Source: Candidatus Sumerlaeia bacterium (GTDB lineage: Bacteria; Sumerlaeota; Sumerlaeia; SLMS01; JANRJK01). From it: DNA of 64,000 bases. The position numbers and the translations under genes were made by a program. The notes beneath the pieces were generated by a model, which saw only the letters and a program-made list of their open reading frames with translations, did not search any database and had not been told where the DNA came from. Each line of letters opens with the position of its first letter. The first letter of the stretch is position 1. Positions 18,322 through 29,224 of this stretch are shown piece by piece. The DNA lies in contig JANRJK010000046.1 in NCBI GenBank assembly GCA_033764015.1, positions 1 to 64,000 of the forward strand, given 5' to 3'.

Positions 18322-19739
18322 GGCGTGTACTCCGGGTGGGTCTGGGCGGCTTCGTACTCCGCGCGGTCGAAGACCTGGCGTCCGTCGATGAACGTCATCT
18401 CGACGCGCGTGTACATGTCGAAGGGATGCTTCGAGAACACGGCCACGTCGGCGTGCTTCCCCGGTTCGAGGCTGCCGACCCATTTGTCGATGCCGAGCGC
18501 CTTGGCGGGCGCCAGCGTGATCGACGCGAGCGCCTGCGGCTCCGTCATGCCGTACTTGCGGGCCTTCGCCGCCTCGTGGAACATGCGCTGGACGACGTCC
18601 GAGCTGTCGCTCTTGAGCACCGTGTTCACGCCGGCGTTGGCGAGGATCGCGACCGCTTCCGGCGTCGCGTCCCAGGCCTCCATCTTGAAGCCCCACCAGT
18701 CGGGCCAGGTGGCCACCGCGATGCGGCGGCGGGCCAGCTCCGGCGCCAGCTTGTACGCCTCCAGCGCGTGGTGCAGCGATGCGATGGGGAAGCCGTACTC
18801 GTCGCTGATGCGGAGGATGTCCTCGATGTCGTCGCGCCGGTAGCAGTGCACATTCACGCGCACGCGCCCCTCGAGCACGTCGACCAGCGTTTCGTTCAGC
18901 GCGTCGAACTCCGGCGGGTCCGGCGCCTCGGGGCGCTCCTCGTCCTCCTTGAGTGCGCCCGCGGCGGCGTGCGCCTCGTACTCAGCGAGCTTCGCCTCGT
19001 AGCGGGCGACCGCTTCCGCGTGGCGGGCCTTCTTGGCCCGGTACTCCTCCGCCTTGGTGAACGTCTCGCGCAGCTTCGCCATCAGCCCCATGCGCGTGCT
19101 GGGGAGCTGCCCGCGCCCGCCGTAGACGCGCTTCGGGTTCTCGCCCATCGCCATCTTGAGCTGCCGCGGCGCTTCCGCCATCTTCATCGCTTCGAGCACC
19201 GGCACTGGGCGGAGCTTGAGCACCACTCCCTCGCCGCTGATCATGTTTCCGCTGCCGGGCAGCACGAGCACCGTGGTCACCCCGCCGGCGCGGGCGCGCT
19301 CGAAGGCGGGGTCCTCAAGGTTCACGCTGTCCTCCGCGCGCACCTGCGCGGTCACCGGCGCGGTCATCTCGTTGCCGTCCGAGTTCGCCTCCACGCCGGG
19401 CCACGAGTAGACGCCCATGTGCGAATGGGCGTCGATGATGCCGGGCATGATGAACTTGCCCGAGGCGTCCACCACCGCGGCCCCGGCGGGGACCGTCGTC
19501 GAGGCGGACGGGCCGACCGCCTCGACCAGCCCGTTGCGGAGGACCAGCGTGCCGTCGGCGAGCGGTTCGCCGCTGACGGTGAGGATCGTGGCGCCGGTGA
19601 AGGCGACCGCGCGCTCGCCGGTGGCGTCGAGGCCGCCGTGTTGCGCGGGGAGCGCGGCGGCGAGCAGCGCGGCGCATGCCGCCGCTGCGAGCGCCCGGAG
19701 GCGGGCGGCGGCGGGAGTGGTTCTGCGGATTCCGGTCAT
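18318..19739 (-). CDS. Exported amidohydrolase-family protein
   Basis: Signal peptide; PGIIDAHSH, KMAMGENPK, VHCYR, HHALE, KSDS, GSLEPGKHAD. Confidence 0.92.
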   Translation of the reverse strand: MTGIRRTTPAAARLRALAAAACAALLAAALPAQHGGLDATGERAVAFTGATILTVSGEPLADGTLVLRNGLVEAVGPSASTTVPAGAAVVDASGKFIMPGIIDAHSHMGVYSWPGVEANSDGNEMTAPVTAQVRAEDSVNLEDPAFERARAGGVTTVLVLPGSGNMISGEGVVLKLRPVPVLEAMKMAEAPRQLKMAMGENPKRVYGGRGQLPSTRMGLMAKLRETFTKAEEYRAKKARHAEAVARYEAKLAEYEAHAAAGALKEDEERPEAPDPPEFDALNETLVDVLEGRVRVNVHCYRRDDIEDILRISDEYGFPIASLHHALEAYKLAPELARRRIAVATWPDWWGFKMEAWDATPEAVAILANAGVNTVLKSDSSDVVQRMFHEAAKARKYGMTEPQALASITLAPAKALGIDKWVGSLEPGKHADVAVFSKHPFDMYTRVEMTFIDGRQVFDRAEYEAAQTHPEYTP

Positions 19740-19760
19740 GCGTTCGGCGGTGCCTTTCGT

Positions 19761-20279
19761 TCAGGGCGTGCGCGGGGTGGGCTTTTCGGCCGTCGGGTCC
19801 TCGGTGTCCGCGGTGCGTTCCTGCGGGATGTCCGCGGGGGCGACGGCGGGGTCGGCGGGCTGCGCCGCGGCGGGCGCCTCCTCGAAGCGGATCGCGGTGC
19901 CGCGGAGGAAGAACTGCTGGTAGTCGCCCATGCGGTACGAATCGAACGGCGTGCGGTCGTCCGGCACCCAGCCGCGTCCCTTGTTCTTGAGGCTGCGGAT
20001 GTTGACCACGGCGTCGCCGCCCAGGCGGCGGGCTCGGGCCTGCAGGTCCTCGAGCTGCTCGCGGCGGATCTCCGGCGTGTCCTCGTCCGCGGGGAAGCTG
20101 TTGATCTGCGCGATCTCGAGGTGTGGCTGCGCGACGGTGTTCACGTAGAGGCGCACCGGCGCGTCCTCCGGCAGCGCGCGGTAGCGCGACTCCGTCAGGT
20201 GGTGCGTGCGCGTCGCGGCGCAGCCCCCGGCCAGCAGCGCCGCGCCGAGCGCGGCCGTCAGCATCGCATGTCGTGTCAT
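19761..20279 (-). CDS. Lipoprotein of unknown function (YbjQ-like fold possible)
   Basis: Lipobox-like LAGGC; L...ARRLGGDAVVNIR...GTAIR pattern. Confidence 0.7.
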   Translation of the reverse strand: MTRHAMLTAALGAALLAGGCAATRTHHLTESRYRALPEDAPVRLYVNTVAQPHLEIAQINSFPADEDTPEIRREQLEDLQARARRLGGDAVVNIRSLKNKGRGWVPDDRTPFDSYRMGDYQQFFLRGTAIRFEEAPAAAQPADPAVAPADIPQERTADTEDPTAEKPTPRTP

Positions 20280-21274
20280 CGTGCGTCCTCTCCTGTCGCG
20301 AGCATAGAGAGCGCATCCGCCTTGTCAGCCTCAAGCCGAGACCGCAGCTCCGCGAGGTCCGCGAAGCGGCGCTCGTCGCGGAGCCGCGCGACGAAGTCCA
20401 CCGCCAGCCTCCGCCCCCCGAGTTCGCCTTCGAAGCCGATCAGGTGCGCCTCGCGGCGGTGCTCGCGCCCGCCCACCGTGGGGCGGAAGCCGAGGTTCAT
20501 CATCGCCGGCAGCGAGACCGCGCCGCCGTCGATCCCCGCGCGCACCGCATACACGCCATCGCGCGGCAGGCACACCTCCGCCGGGATGGCGAGGTTCGCC
20601 GTGGGAAAGCCGATGGTGCGCCCGATGCGGTCGCCGCCCACGACGGGACCCTCGACGCGGTGCGGGCGGCCGAGCATCGCCGCCGCGGACGCCGCGTCGC
20701 CCTCCGCGAGCGCGGCGCGGATCCGCGAGCTGCTGACCGGCGCGCCGCCGGAAAGGACGAACTCCGGCTGGCGGTGCGCGAACCCGAGGCGCGGCGCGAG
20801 CGCCGCCAGCAGCGCCGCGTCGCCGGCCCCGCCGCGCCCGAAGCGGAAGTTCGCCCCGCTGGCGATCTCCGCCGCCGCGCACCGCGCCACCAGCAGCTCC
20901 GACACGAACTCCTCCGCGCCCGTCGCCGCCAGCGCCTCGTCGAACGGAAGCCCCGCGACCACGTCGACGCCGAGCGCGGCCAGCAGCTCCGCCTTGCGCG
21001 GCCAGGTGGTCAGCAGCGGCGGCGCCGACTTCGCGCCCACGACGCCGCGGGGATGGTTCTGGAAGGTTACGACGACCGCGAGCGCCCCGGCGGAGCGCGC
21101 CCGGGCCACGGTGGCGCCGATCAGCGCCCGGTGCCCCGTGTGCACGCCGTCGAACATGCCGACCGTGACGTGCGTGCTCCGGCCGAGCGGGCGCAGGTCG
21201 AGCCCCGCCGCGGTGTCGATCAGGATGGGGCGCGGGGGCGCGGCGCCGGCCGCGCGCTCGTCGGGCGCGGTCAC
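20276..21274 (-). CDS. ribF: Bifunctional riboflavin kinase / FAD synthetase
   Basis: GMFDGVHTGH, TFQNHP, NFRFG, SSSRIR, GRTIGFPTAN, GFRPT, EAHL, RLRDERRF. GTG start overlapping the grpE stop. Confidence 0.95.
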   Translation of the reverse strand: MTAPDERAAGAAPPRPILIDTAAGLDLRPLGRSTHVTVGMFDGVHTGHRALIGATVARARSAGALAVVVTFQNHPRGVVGAKSAPPLLTTWPRKAELLAALGVDVVAGLPFDEALAATGAEEFVSELLVARCAAAEIASGANFRFGRGGAGDAALLAALAPRLGFAHRQPEFVLSGGAPVSSSRIRAALAEGDAASAAAMLGRPHRVEGPVVGGDRIGRTIGFPTANLAIPAEVCLPRDGVYAVRAGIDGGAVSLPAMMNLGFRPTVGGREHRREAHLIGFEGELGGRRLAVDFVARLRDERRFADLAELRSRLEADKADALSMLATGEDAR

Positions 21275-21981
21275 GTCGTCGAGTCGAGCCGCTTTCCGGG
21301 GACCGGCGTCGAGGGCCTTGCGGCCGCGCCGGGCGCTTCCGCGGTGTTCACACGGACCATCGCCGCCCGGAGCACGCGCCCCGCGACGATGTAGCCGGGG
21401 CGGATCACCTCGACCACCTCCTGCGGCGCGCGCGACGGATCGCACACCGTGCCGACCGCCTCGTGGAAGTTCGGATCGAAGGTGTCGCCGAGCGGCTTCA
21501 GCACTTCGAGGCCGCACGCGCCGAGCGACTGGAGCAGCTCGCGGTGGATCATCTCGACGCCCTCGCGGACCGAATCGACGTCGGAGGCGGAGACGAGGCT
21601 CTTCAAGGCGAACTCGAAGTGGTCGAGCGGCTGGAGCAGCTTCGACAGAACGTCGGCGTTCGCGGTGCGCTTCATTTCGTCCCGCTCGCGGGCGAGGCGC
21701 TTGCGGGCGCCCTCCATGTCCGCGTGGATGCGGGCGAGCTCCTCCTGCGCCTTCTCCTTCACGGCGGAGACATCGGCGCGGAGCTGCTGCGCCTCGTGCG
21801 CGCGCCCGGCGTCCAGCGCGCGCAGGCGCTTGATTTCCGCGGCGGCCTTCTCGAGCTGGCGCGAGGTGAGCGCGTAGGAGTCCTGGAAGCTCTTCAGCTG
21901 CTCCGCCGTGACCGCGGGCTGCTGCGCGGGGGCGGGGCGCCGCCGCGACCGGGAGTCGTGGATGAGCCGCTCGCGGCGCAT
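21271..21981 (-). CDS. grpE: Nucleotide exchange factor GrpE with extended coiled-coil N-terminus
   Basis: LLQPLDHFEFAL, GVEMI, FDPNFHEAV, GYIVAGRVLRAAMVRV. Start uncertain. Confidence 0.9.
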   Translation of the reverse strand: MRRERLIHDSRSRRRPAPAQQPAVTAEQLKSFQDSYALTSRQLEKAAAEIKRLRALDAGRAHEAQQLRADVSAVKEKAQEELARIHADMEGARKRLARERDEMKRTANADVLSKLLQPLDHFEFALKSLVSASDVDSVREGVEMIHRELLQSLGACGLEVLKPLGDTFDPNFHEAVGTVCDPSRAPQEVVEVIRPGYIVAGRVLRAAMVRVNTAEAPGAAARPSTPVPGKRLDSTT

Positions 21982-22046
21982 CAAGTACTTACGGCGGGTC
22001 GGCGGCACGGTGGGAGGCCTGCGGGACGGAGTCGGAGCGGGATGCT

Positions 22047-23351
22047 TCAGAGCTTCCCATCCAGAACCCGGCGCGGGTCCGACGCAAGGATAGTGTCTCC
22101 CGGGCGCAGCCCCCCCAGCACCTCGACGCTGCCCCCGCTCTCGCGCCCCAGTTCCACCTTCCGCCCGGCCCAGCCGCCGCCGGAACGCTCCGCCACCCAG
22201 TGCGCACCGTCCCGCGTCCAGACCGCCTCCACCGGCACCGAGACGACGCCGCCGTCCTTCGAGAGGATGATGCGCACCCGCGCGGTGAGCCCCGGCTTGA
22301 GCTGCGGGTCCGGGTCCGCGATCGCGAGCTCCGCCTCGAAGACGCGCTCCCCGCTGGCGGACTCGGAGGCCATCGCCATGCCGGAGGCGCTCCGTTCGCG
22401 CTCGATCGCCGCCGAGGCGATCCGCTCCAGCCGCCCCGTCATCCGCACGCCCCCGATGGTGTCGAAGACCACCTCGGCCTCCATGCCTTCGCGGACGCGC
22501 TCCAGCCACGACTCGGGGACCTGCGTGCGGACCACCAGGCCCGAAAGGTCCGGAATGGTCCCGATCAGCTCGCCGTCGCCGATCTCCTCGCCGGGCTGCA
22601 GCTCCGCGTTCGTCCGGCGGCGCCAGTTCCAGCCGCTGCGCCGCATGAACATGCCGTCCACGGGCGCCTTCACCTGCGCGCTGGCGAACTCCGCGAGGGA
22701 CTTCTCCAGGTCGCGGCGCGACTTCTCCACGTTGAGCAGCGTCTGCCCGATGTCGCCGACGTAGCCGGACTCCGCGAGCGCGGCGGAGGTCTGCTGCGAG
22801 CGCGAGTCGCGCTCGCGCCCCACCGTGCGCAGCTTCGACAGCGCGGCGTTCGACAGCGCGTCGCGCACCTCGTCCGTCGCCACCACCTCGCGGTCCCGGA
22901 GCAGTTGCAGCCGCGACAGCTCCGAATTGGTCTCCTCCAGCTTCAGCCGCTGGAAATCGAGGTCCGTGAACGCGCCGTCCACCTCCAGCGCGCCGGAGCG
23001 GATCTCCATCGTCATCGACTCGATGGACTTCTCGTACTCGTTCTTGAGCTGCTTCAGCTCGTCGATCACCTCGTCGATCTGCTCGCGGATCTTGACGGGA
23101 TCGAGCACGGCCACCAGGTCGCCGGCCTTCACCATGGCCCCCGAGTCGGCGAGCGTCACGACGCTCCCGCTGAAGGGCGCGATCACGTTCACGACGCGCT
23201 TCGCCTCGACGACGCCGACCTCCTCGAGCGCGACGACGAAGTCGCCGGCCTGCACCGAGTGCGTGGGCAGGTCGGCGCCGGCGTCCTTGCGGCAGCCGGC
23301 GGAGGCGAGCAGCGCCGCGGCGAGCGCGGCGGCTAGGAGCCGTGGGCCCAT
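22047..23351 (-). CDS. Efflux periplasmic adaptor (membrane fusion protein, HlyD/MacA-like) lipoprotein
   Basis: Lipobox SAGC, lipoyl half-motifs (G.MVKAGD.V; VKAPVDG), coiled coil, LKPGLTA, VPVEAV, VLGGLRPGD. Confidence 0.88.
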   Translation of the reverse strand: MGPRLLAAALAAALLASAGCRKDAGADLPTHSVQAGDFVVALEEVGVVEAKRVVNVIAPFSGSVVTLADSGAMVKAGDLVAVLDPVKIREQIDEVIDELKQLKNEYEKSIESMTMEIRSGALEVDGAFTDLDFQRLKLEETNSELSRLQLLRDREVVATDEVRDALSNAALSKLRTVGRERDSRSQQTSAALAESGYVGDIGQTLLNVEKSRRDLEKSLAEFASAQVKAPVDGMFMRRSGWNWRRRTNAELQPGEEIGDGELIGTIPDLSGLVVRTQVPESWLERVREGMEAEVVFDTIGGVRMTGRLERIASAAIERERSASGMAMASESASGERVFEAELAIADPDPQLKPGLTARVRIILSKDGGVVSVPVEAVWTRDGAHWVAERSGGGWAGRKVELGRESGGSVEVLGGLRPGDTILASDPRRVLDGKL

Positions 23352-23362
23352 GGGGGGATTCC

Positions 23363-26300
23363 TCAGTCGGTTTCCGGGTCCAGGACCCGCTGCCTTGCCC
23401 GAAGCTCGTTCTGTGCCCGGCGGCGGCGCAGCGCCTCGACGCGCGCCCGGTTCTTGTTCCGGTACTTCATCCCCGGGTCGCGCGTGACGTCCGTGTTGTC
23501 GTCGTGGCGGCGGTAGAAGTAGAGCACCTCCGGCACCCGCACCACGTCGTGGCGCTCGCCGATCTTCAGCACCATGTCGTAGTCCTCGCCGAAGTTGCCG
23601 TAGTGCTCCTCGTCGTAGAGGCCCATCTCCTCGAGGACGCAGCGCGCGAACACGCGCACCGCCCCCGCGCCGTCGCGGCGCAGGATCTGGTTCCGCGAGT
23701 AGCCCGCGTGCGTCACCGGCGGCACCTCCTCGATCACGCGGCCCTCCACGTCCATCAGCCGGTAGAAGCTGATCGCCAGCCCGCAGTTCGGATTCTCCTC
23801 GAAGGGGCGCACCATGCGCTCCAGCGTTTCCGGCGCGTAGCGGTCGTCGCTGTCGAGCTGGCAGATGTAGCGCCCGCGCGCCGCCCGGATGCCCTCGTTG
23901 AGCGCCGACGCGATCGAGCCCCCCGTGCCGCCCAGCACGCGCACCCGCGCGTCCGCCGCCGCCAGCTCCGCCAGCACCTCCAGCGTTCCGTCCGTCGAGC
24001 CGTTGTCCACGACGACCACCTCGACGTCCTGGAAGGCGCCGTCGAGCACGCTGCGCACCGATTCGCGGATGAAGCGCGCGCGGTTCAGCACCGGCACCAC
24101 CACGCTGCAGGCCACCGGCTCGCGCTCCTCCGGGTAGGGCGCCGGCTCCGTCGGCGAGGCGAGCCACGCCCCGCGCGCGATCAGCGCCTTCTCGAAGACC
24201 GTCGTCACCTCCGCCTCCACCTCCGGCGGGTAGAACACGTAGGAGAAGCCGCCGAGCGGCCCGAGCCCCGGCGAATAGAGCGCGCCCCGGGCGCCGCCCT
24301 CATCCTTCGCCGCCGCGCGCCGGTACAGCGGCTCCGCCACGCGCACGAAGCGCCCCAGCATCAGCAGCCGCAGGTGCAGGTCGTACTCCCAAGCGTAGGA
24401 GAGCTTCGTGTCGATGCCCCCCGCCTCGCGCACCGCGGGCAGGTGGTACAGCAGCAGCCCGCCGAAGTCGAAGCGCTCGTGGATGCAGCCCTCGTGGTCC
24501 TGCAGCTCCACGCGCCGCCCGTCCGCGCCGATGTGGTCGGAGTAGACGCCCACCGCGTCGAAGACGTCCGCGAGCCGGTGCGCCATGCGGTCGAGCGCCC
24601 CCGGCAGCAGCCGCACGCCGGGGCCGGCGAACGCGCCGAGCTGCGCGCCGGGCGAAAGCTCGACCAGCATGTGCGCGAGCTGCGCCGTGCCGCGGCTGCC
24701 GCGCTCGAGCCAGCCGACCGCAGGCTCCAGGCCCTCCGGCCGCGCCGCCTGCGAGACCACCACCAGCCGGTCGCCCTCGCGGAGCGCCCCGCGCCACGCG
24801 GCGATCTCCTCCGCCACCGCCTCCTCCTCCAGCCCGTCGGCCAGCAGCAGCGCCACCAGCGGCATCGCCTCCACTTCCTCGTCCTCCACCAGGGCGGCGG
24901 ACTCGTCCAACGGTTCTTCCTGCGCCACGGGGGCGTCCTCCTGGGGGGTCGTTTCCGGCGCCGGCGCTGTCTCCGGTTCCGGCTCGGGCGGGGCCTCCGG
25001 CTCCGGCTCCGCGAAAAGGTCCGCCTGCAGTCCGAGCGTTTCCGGCTCCTCCGCTTCCGGCGCGGCGGTGGGCGCCTGCTCCTCCGCGGACGGCTCCGCG
25101 GGCGCGGCGGGCGCCGGTGCCGGGCCCTTCGGGGCGGGGGGCGCGGGCAGCGCCGCGTGCGACGGGTCGGCGTGGTACTCCGGCACGTACTGGGCGAACA
25201 GCTCGAGCACGCGCCGCGGATCGCCGCTTTCCGCCGCCTCGTTGAAGAATTCGAGGACGCCCTGCCACTCGGACCACGGCGGGGCGTCCTTGGCCTCGGC
25301 GACCCAGAGCTTGCCGACCGCGGTGCGCTCGGCGCCCTCCTCGCGCGTGAGGAGCTCCTCGCGCAGCTTTTCGCCCGGGCGCAGCCCCGTGTACTCCAGC
25401 TTGATGGTGTCGTCAGGCACGCCGCCCGCCATGGCGATCATCTGGCGCGCGAGCTGCGCCACCTTCACCGGCTCGCCCATGTCCAGCAGGTACAGGCCCT
25501 GGCGCTTGCCGTGGACGGCGGCCTGCAGCACCAGGTGCGCGGCCTCCTCCGCCGTCATGAAGTAGCGCTCGACGTCCGGATGCGTCACCGTGACGGGGCC
25601 GCCCTCCTCGATCTGGCGGCGGAACAGCGGCACCACCGATCCGCGCGTCCCGAGCACGTTGCCGAAGCGCACCACCTGGAACACGGTCTTCGAGCCGCGC
25701 CCGATGCTCTGGACGGTCGCCTCCGCGAGTCGCTTCGCGGCGCCCATCACGCTCGAAGGGCGCACCGCCTTGTCCGTGGAGAGAAGCACGAAGCGCTCGA
25801 CGCCGAAGCGGTCCGCGACGACCGCGAGCGACGCGGTGCCGAGCGCGTTGTTGCGGACCGCCTCGCAGGCGTGGGCCTCCATGAGGGGCACGTGCTTGTG
25901 CGCGGCGGCGTGGAAGACCACCTGCGGGCGCCACCGGCGGAAGTGCTCCGCCAGCCCCGCCGGGTCGCGCACGTCGCAGACGATCGTCTCGACGGCGAGC
26001 CCCGGCGCCGCGCGCCGGACCGCGTCCGCCGAATCGAGCAGGCTGTTCTCGCCCTTGCCGAGCAGCAGCAGGCGCGCGGGCGCGAGCTGCGCGAGCTGGC
26101 GGGCGAGCTCGGAGCCGATGCTCCCGCCGGCGCCGGTCACCAGCACCGTCTTCCCCGCGTAGTACGCGCCGCCGTCCGAAAGCGCGGGCGGCGTGGCGGG
26201 GCGCCCCAGCAGGTCCTCGACCTGCAGGTTGCGGAGCTGCGAGACGCCGACGCGCCCGCCCACCACGTCCCGCACGGAGGGCATCACGGCGAAGCGCACC

Positions 26301-27055
26301 TTCGCCTCGCGGCACGCGTCCACCACGGCGCGGAAGTCCTTCGCCTCCGCGTCGTCCAGCGCGATCACCACTTCCTCGATGCGCTCGCGGGCGATCACTT
26401 CGCCGAGCTTTTCGAGCAGCGCGACCGCGGGCACGCCGGCCAGCCGCAGCCCGAGGTGCCGCGGGCTGGCGGCGACTAGGCAAAGCACGTCGATGCCGGG
26501 CTCCGGCGTGCGGGCGAGCGCCTGGAGGAACTGGTGCGCGAGGTCGCCCGCGCCCACCACGCAGGCGCGGCGCCGCGCGGGGCCCTGCGCCGGCGCCGCG
26601 CCCGCGCCGAAGAGCCGCGGCGCCAGGCGGAGCCCCCCCGTGAGCAGCGACGCCAGCATCGCGTGGACCAGCAGCACGCCGTAGGGCACGCGCAGCACGT
26701 GCTCGAAGCCGTCAGGCGAAAGGGGGAGCGACGCGAAGCCCGCCTGCCGCTCCAGGACCGCGTTGAGCACCGCCCAGAGGACGAGTTGCGCCGCGCCCGC
26801 CCCCAGCACCGCCCGCAGGTCCGCGATGCCCGCGTAGCGCAGCCGCGTGCCGTAGGCGCGGAAGGCGTGCAGCAGCGCCACGTGCGTCGCCGCCACGGCC
26901 ACGGCGAGCGACTTAGCCTGCGAGGCGTAGTCCCACGTGTCGTAGTCCGCGGGCACGGCGAAGTCGAACCGGAGCAGGTACGCGCCGAACCAGGCGGCGG
27001 CGACCAGCGCCGCGTCGATGATGGAAAGCAGGAGCACCCGCAGCCAGGGCTTCAT
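23363..27055 (-). CDS. Fusion protein: membrane-bound CapD/PglF-type nucleotide-sugar 4,6-dehydratase + acidic Pro-rich linker + GT2 glycosyltransferase region
   Basis: ATG at 27055; four TM helices, [55 protein letters not shown]; then [30 protein letters not shown]. One uninterrupted frame, 1230 aa. Confidence 0.9.
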   Translation of the reverse strand: MKPWLRVLLLSIIDAALVAAAWFGAYLLRFDFAVPADYDTWDYASQAKSLAVAVAATHVALLHAFRAYGTRLRYAGIADLRAVLGAGAAQLVLWAVLNAVLERQAGFASLPLSPDGFEHVLRVPYGVLLVHAMLASLLTGGLRLAPRLFGAGAAPAQGPARRRACVVGAGDLAHQFLQALARTPEPGIDVLCLVAASPRHLGLRLAGVPAVALLEKLGEVIARERIEEVVIALDDAEAKDFRAVVDACREAKVRFAVMPSVRDVVGGRVGVSQLRNLQVEDLLGRPATPPALSDGGAYYAGKTVLVTGAGGSIGSELARQLAQLAPARLLLLGKGENSLLDSADAVRRAAPGLAVETIVCDVRDPAGLAEHFRRWRPQVVFHAAAHKHVPLMEAHACEAVRNNALGTASLAVVADRFGVERFVLLSTDKAVRPSSVMGAAKRLAEATVQSIGRGSKTVFQVVRFGNVLGTRGSVVPLFRRQIEEGGPVTVTHPDVERYFMTAEEAAHLVLQAAVHGKRQGLYLLDMGEPVKVAQLARQMIAMAGGVPDDTIKLEYTGLRPGEKLREELLTREEGAERTAVGKLWVAEAKDAPPWSEWQGVLEFFNEAAESGDPRRVLELFAQYVPEYHADPSHAALPAPPAPKGPAPAPAAPAEPSAEEQAPTAAPEAEEPETLGLQADLFAEPEPEAPPEPEPETAPAPETTPQEDAPVAQEEPLDESAALVEDEEVEAMPLVALLLADGLEEEAVAEEIAAWRGALREGDRLVVVSQAARPEGLEPAVGWLERGSRGTAQLAHMLVELSPGAQLGAFAGPGVRLLPGALDRMAHRLADVFDAVGVYSDHIGADGRRVELQDHEGCIHERFDFGGLLLYHLPAVREAGGIDTKLSYAWEYDLHLRLLMLGRFVRVAEPLYRRAAAKDEGGARGALYSPGLGPLGGFSYVFYPPEVEAEVTTVFEKALIARGAWLASPTEPAPYPEEREPVACSVVVPVLNRARFIRESVRSVLDGAFQDVEVVVVDNGSTDGTLEVLAELAAADARVRVLGGTGGSIASALNEGIRAARGRYICQLDSDDRYAPETLERMVRPFEENPNCGLAISFYRLMDVEGRVIEEVPPVTHAGYSRNQILRRDGAGAVRVFARCVLEEMGLYDEEHYGNFGEDYDMVLKIGERHDVVRVPEVLYFYRRHDDNTDVTRDPGMKYRNKNRARVEALRRRRAQNELRARQRVLDPETD

Positions 27056-27190
27056 CGGAGGAAACGTCCCGTCGACGAACGCTTCCCCCGGCGGCGCACC
27101 GTAACAACCGGAAAGCGCGGGGCGCCTGTGCGCTTGACCGTCCCCGCCCCGGGGCCAAGGCTCGCCACACGACGACCGCCCGCGGGACAC

Positions 27191-29224
27191 ATGTACCTCG
27201 ACTACTTCGGCTTCGAGCAGGAGCCCTTCAACATCACGCCCAACACGCGCTTCCTCTTCGAGTCGAAGAGGCACCGCGAGGCGCGCGCCGCGCTCGTCTA
27301 CGCCGTCGAGCAGCGCAAGGGCTTCCTCGCCCTCACCGGCGAGATCGGCTGCGGCAAGACCACCGTCTGCCGCGCATTCATCAACGCGCTCGACAAGGCC
27401 AAGGTCAGCGTCGCCCTCGTCCTCAACCCGCAGCTCAACCCCCTCGAGCTGCTCCAGGCGATCAACCACGAGTTCGGCATCGACGCCTCCGGCGGCTCGA
27501 AGCGCGAGCTGCTTGAGCGCCTCAACGCGCACCTGCTCGCGGAGTACGCCGCCGGCCGCAACTGCCTCCTCCTCATCGACGAGGCCCAGCGCCTCTCCGC
27601 CGACGCGCTCGAACAGGTCCGCCTCATCAGCAACCTCGAGACCGAGACCACCAAGCTGATCCAGATCTGCCTCGTCGGCCAGCCGGAGCTCGAGGACATC
27701 CTGCACCTGCCGGAGCTCGAGCAGCTCAACCAGCGCGTCACGGTCCGCTACCACATCGACCCGCTGGACCACGACGAAACCGTTGACTATATCAACCACC
27801 GCCTCGCCGTGGCGAAGCCGAAGAAGGAGGTGCGCTTCCACAAGAAGTCCCTCCGGCGCATCCACGAGCACACGCGCGGCGTCCCCCGGCGCGTCAACGT
27901 CGTCTGCGACCGCGCCCTGCTCCTCGCCTTCGTCCGCGAGCGCGTCGAGGTGGACGACGAAACCACCGCCGACGCGATCCGCGAGGTCTCCGGCCGCGCG
28001 CGCCCCAGCCGCGCGGCCGACACGCGCGCGCTCCTCGCGTCGTCCGGATCGCAGACCCCCGCCCCACCCGCCGCGGAGCCCGCGCCGGAAGCCTCCGCGG
28101 AGCAGGCGCACGACGAAGCCGCGCCGCCCGAGCCCGCCGCGCCCGCGCAGCCCGCTCCCTCGCCGCGGTGGCTGTGGCCCGCCGTGCTCGGCTGCTTCGC
28201 CCTGCTCGGATACCTCTTCTGGCAGTCGCTCAACGCCGCGCCGCAACCGGTTGGACCGGATCTGGCCGCCGCCGCCCCGTCGCCGTCCCCGACCCCCGCG
28301 GTGGCCACGGCTCCGCCGGCAACCCCGTCGCCGAGTCCCACTCCGGAGCCGACTCCCGAGCCCACCCCGGACGCCTCCGCCGCACTCCCCACGCCGACGC
28401 CGCTCCCGGCGCCGCCGCCTTCGCCGGTGCCGTCGCCCACCCCGCAACCCACCGCGGCCCCGACGCCCGCTCCCAGCCCCGCGCCCACTCCGCAGCCGAC
28501 CCCGGCCCCCACGCCGCAGCCCACCGTCGCCATTGCCCTCCCGACGCCGCGCCCCGCGCCGCCGCCCGCGTGGAGCTACGACGCCCGCGGCGTCCTCCGC
28601 CATCCGGAGGCGCCCGCCGCCTTCGCCGCCTCCGTCATGACCTGGCTCTCCGTCGCCGAGTCCGCCCGCTTCCCGGAGCCGGAGCTCGAGCGGCTCCGCG
28701 CCATGGCGCCGGGCGACATCGGCTCGCTCCAGCTCGCCTCCGGCACCGCGCCGCTCTTCCTGCGCGAGGTGCGCCTCCCCACCGACTTCCGCGCGATCGA
28801 CCGCTCCTGGTACCCGGTGCTGCTGCAGTTCGACCGCGACCTCGAGGAGGCCAGCCCCTGGGTGGTGCTCGAGGAGCAGGAGGGCGCCTGGGTCACCGTG
28901 CTCGATCCGCGCTTCGGCGAAGTGCAGGTCGACCGCAACCGCCTCGAGGAGCACCTCGCCGCCGTCGTGGTGCTCTACCGCGACCGCGACGGGATCACGG
29001 GCCTGCGCCGCGGCGATTCGGGAACTCCGGTGGCCGCGCTGCACGGGCTGCTGCGCGAGCGCGGCTTCCTCGAATCCGGGACGCCGGTGGGCGACCGCTT
29101 CGACGCGGAGACCGAGCGCGCACTCACCCGCGCGCGCGCCGCATGGCGCCTCGACGAGTCGCCGCTCGTGTCGCCCGCGCTCGCGCTGCGCCTTCTCAAG
29201 CCCCCCGTGGAGCCCGCCCCTTGA
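27191..29224 (+). CDS. exeA: ExeA/GspA-like AAA ATPase with TM helix, Pro/Thr linker and C-terminal peptidoglycan-binding-like domain
   Basis: [53 protein letters not shown]-terminal LRRGDSG..V..L...L..RG...FDAETE.A. Confidence 0.88.
   Translation: MYLDYFGFEQEPFNITPNTRFLFESKRHREARAALVYAVEQRKGFLALTGEIGCGKTTVCRAFINALDKAKVSVALVLNPQLNPLELLQAINHEFGIDASGGSKRELLERLNAHLLAEYAAGRNCLLLIDEAQRLSADALEQVRLISNLETETTKLIQICLVGQPELEDILHLPELEQLNQRVTVRYHIDPLDHDETVDYINHRLAVAKPKKEVRFHKKSLRRIHEHTRGVPRRVNVVCDRALLLAFVRERVEVDDETTADAIREVSGRARPSRAADTRALLASSGSQTPAPPAAEPAPEASAEQAHDEAAPPEPAAPAQPAPSPRWLWPAVLGCFALLGYLFWQSLNAAPQPVGPDLAAAAPSPSPTPAVATAPPATPSPSPTPEPTPEPTPDASAALPTPTPLPAPPPSPVPSPTPQPTAAPTPAPSPAPTPQPTPAPTPQPTVAIALPTPRPAPPPAWSYDARGVLRHPEAPAAFAASVMTWLSVAESARFPEPELERLRAMAPGDIGSLQLASGTAPLFLREVRLPTDFRAIDRSWYPVLLQFDRDLEEASPWVVLEEQEGAWVTVLDPRFGEVQVDRNRLEEHLAAVVVLYRDRDGITGLRRGDSGTPVAALHGLLRERGFLESGTPVGDRFDAETERALTRARAAWRLDESPLVSPALALRLLKPPVEPAP
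28275..28570 (+). repeat. Coding low-complexity Pro/Thr/Ser/Ala repeat linker in ExeA
   Basis: PSPTP/PTPEPTP/PTPQPT iterations in the translation. Confidence 0.8.

Noticed and set aside
18336..26479. Very long plus-strand ORFs (18336-21833, 23342-26479); similarly 32388-35780 and 58476-61247
   Set aside because: They lie antisense to well-supported genes, have no motifs, and are expected from stop-codon scarcity at high GC.
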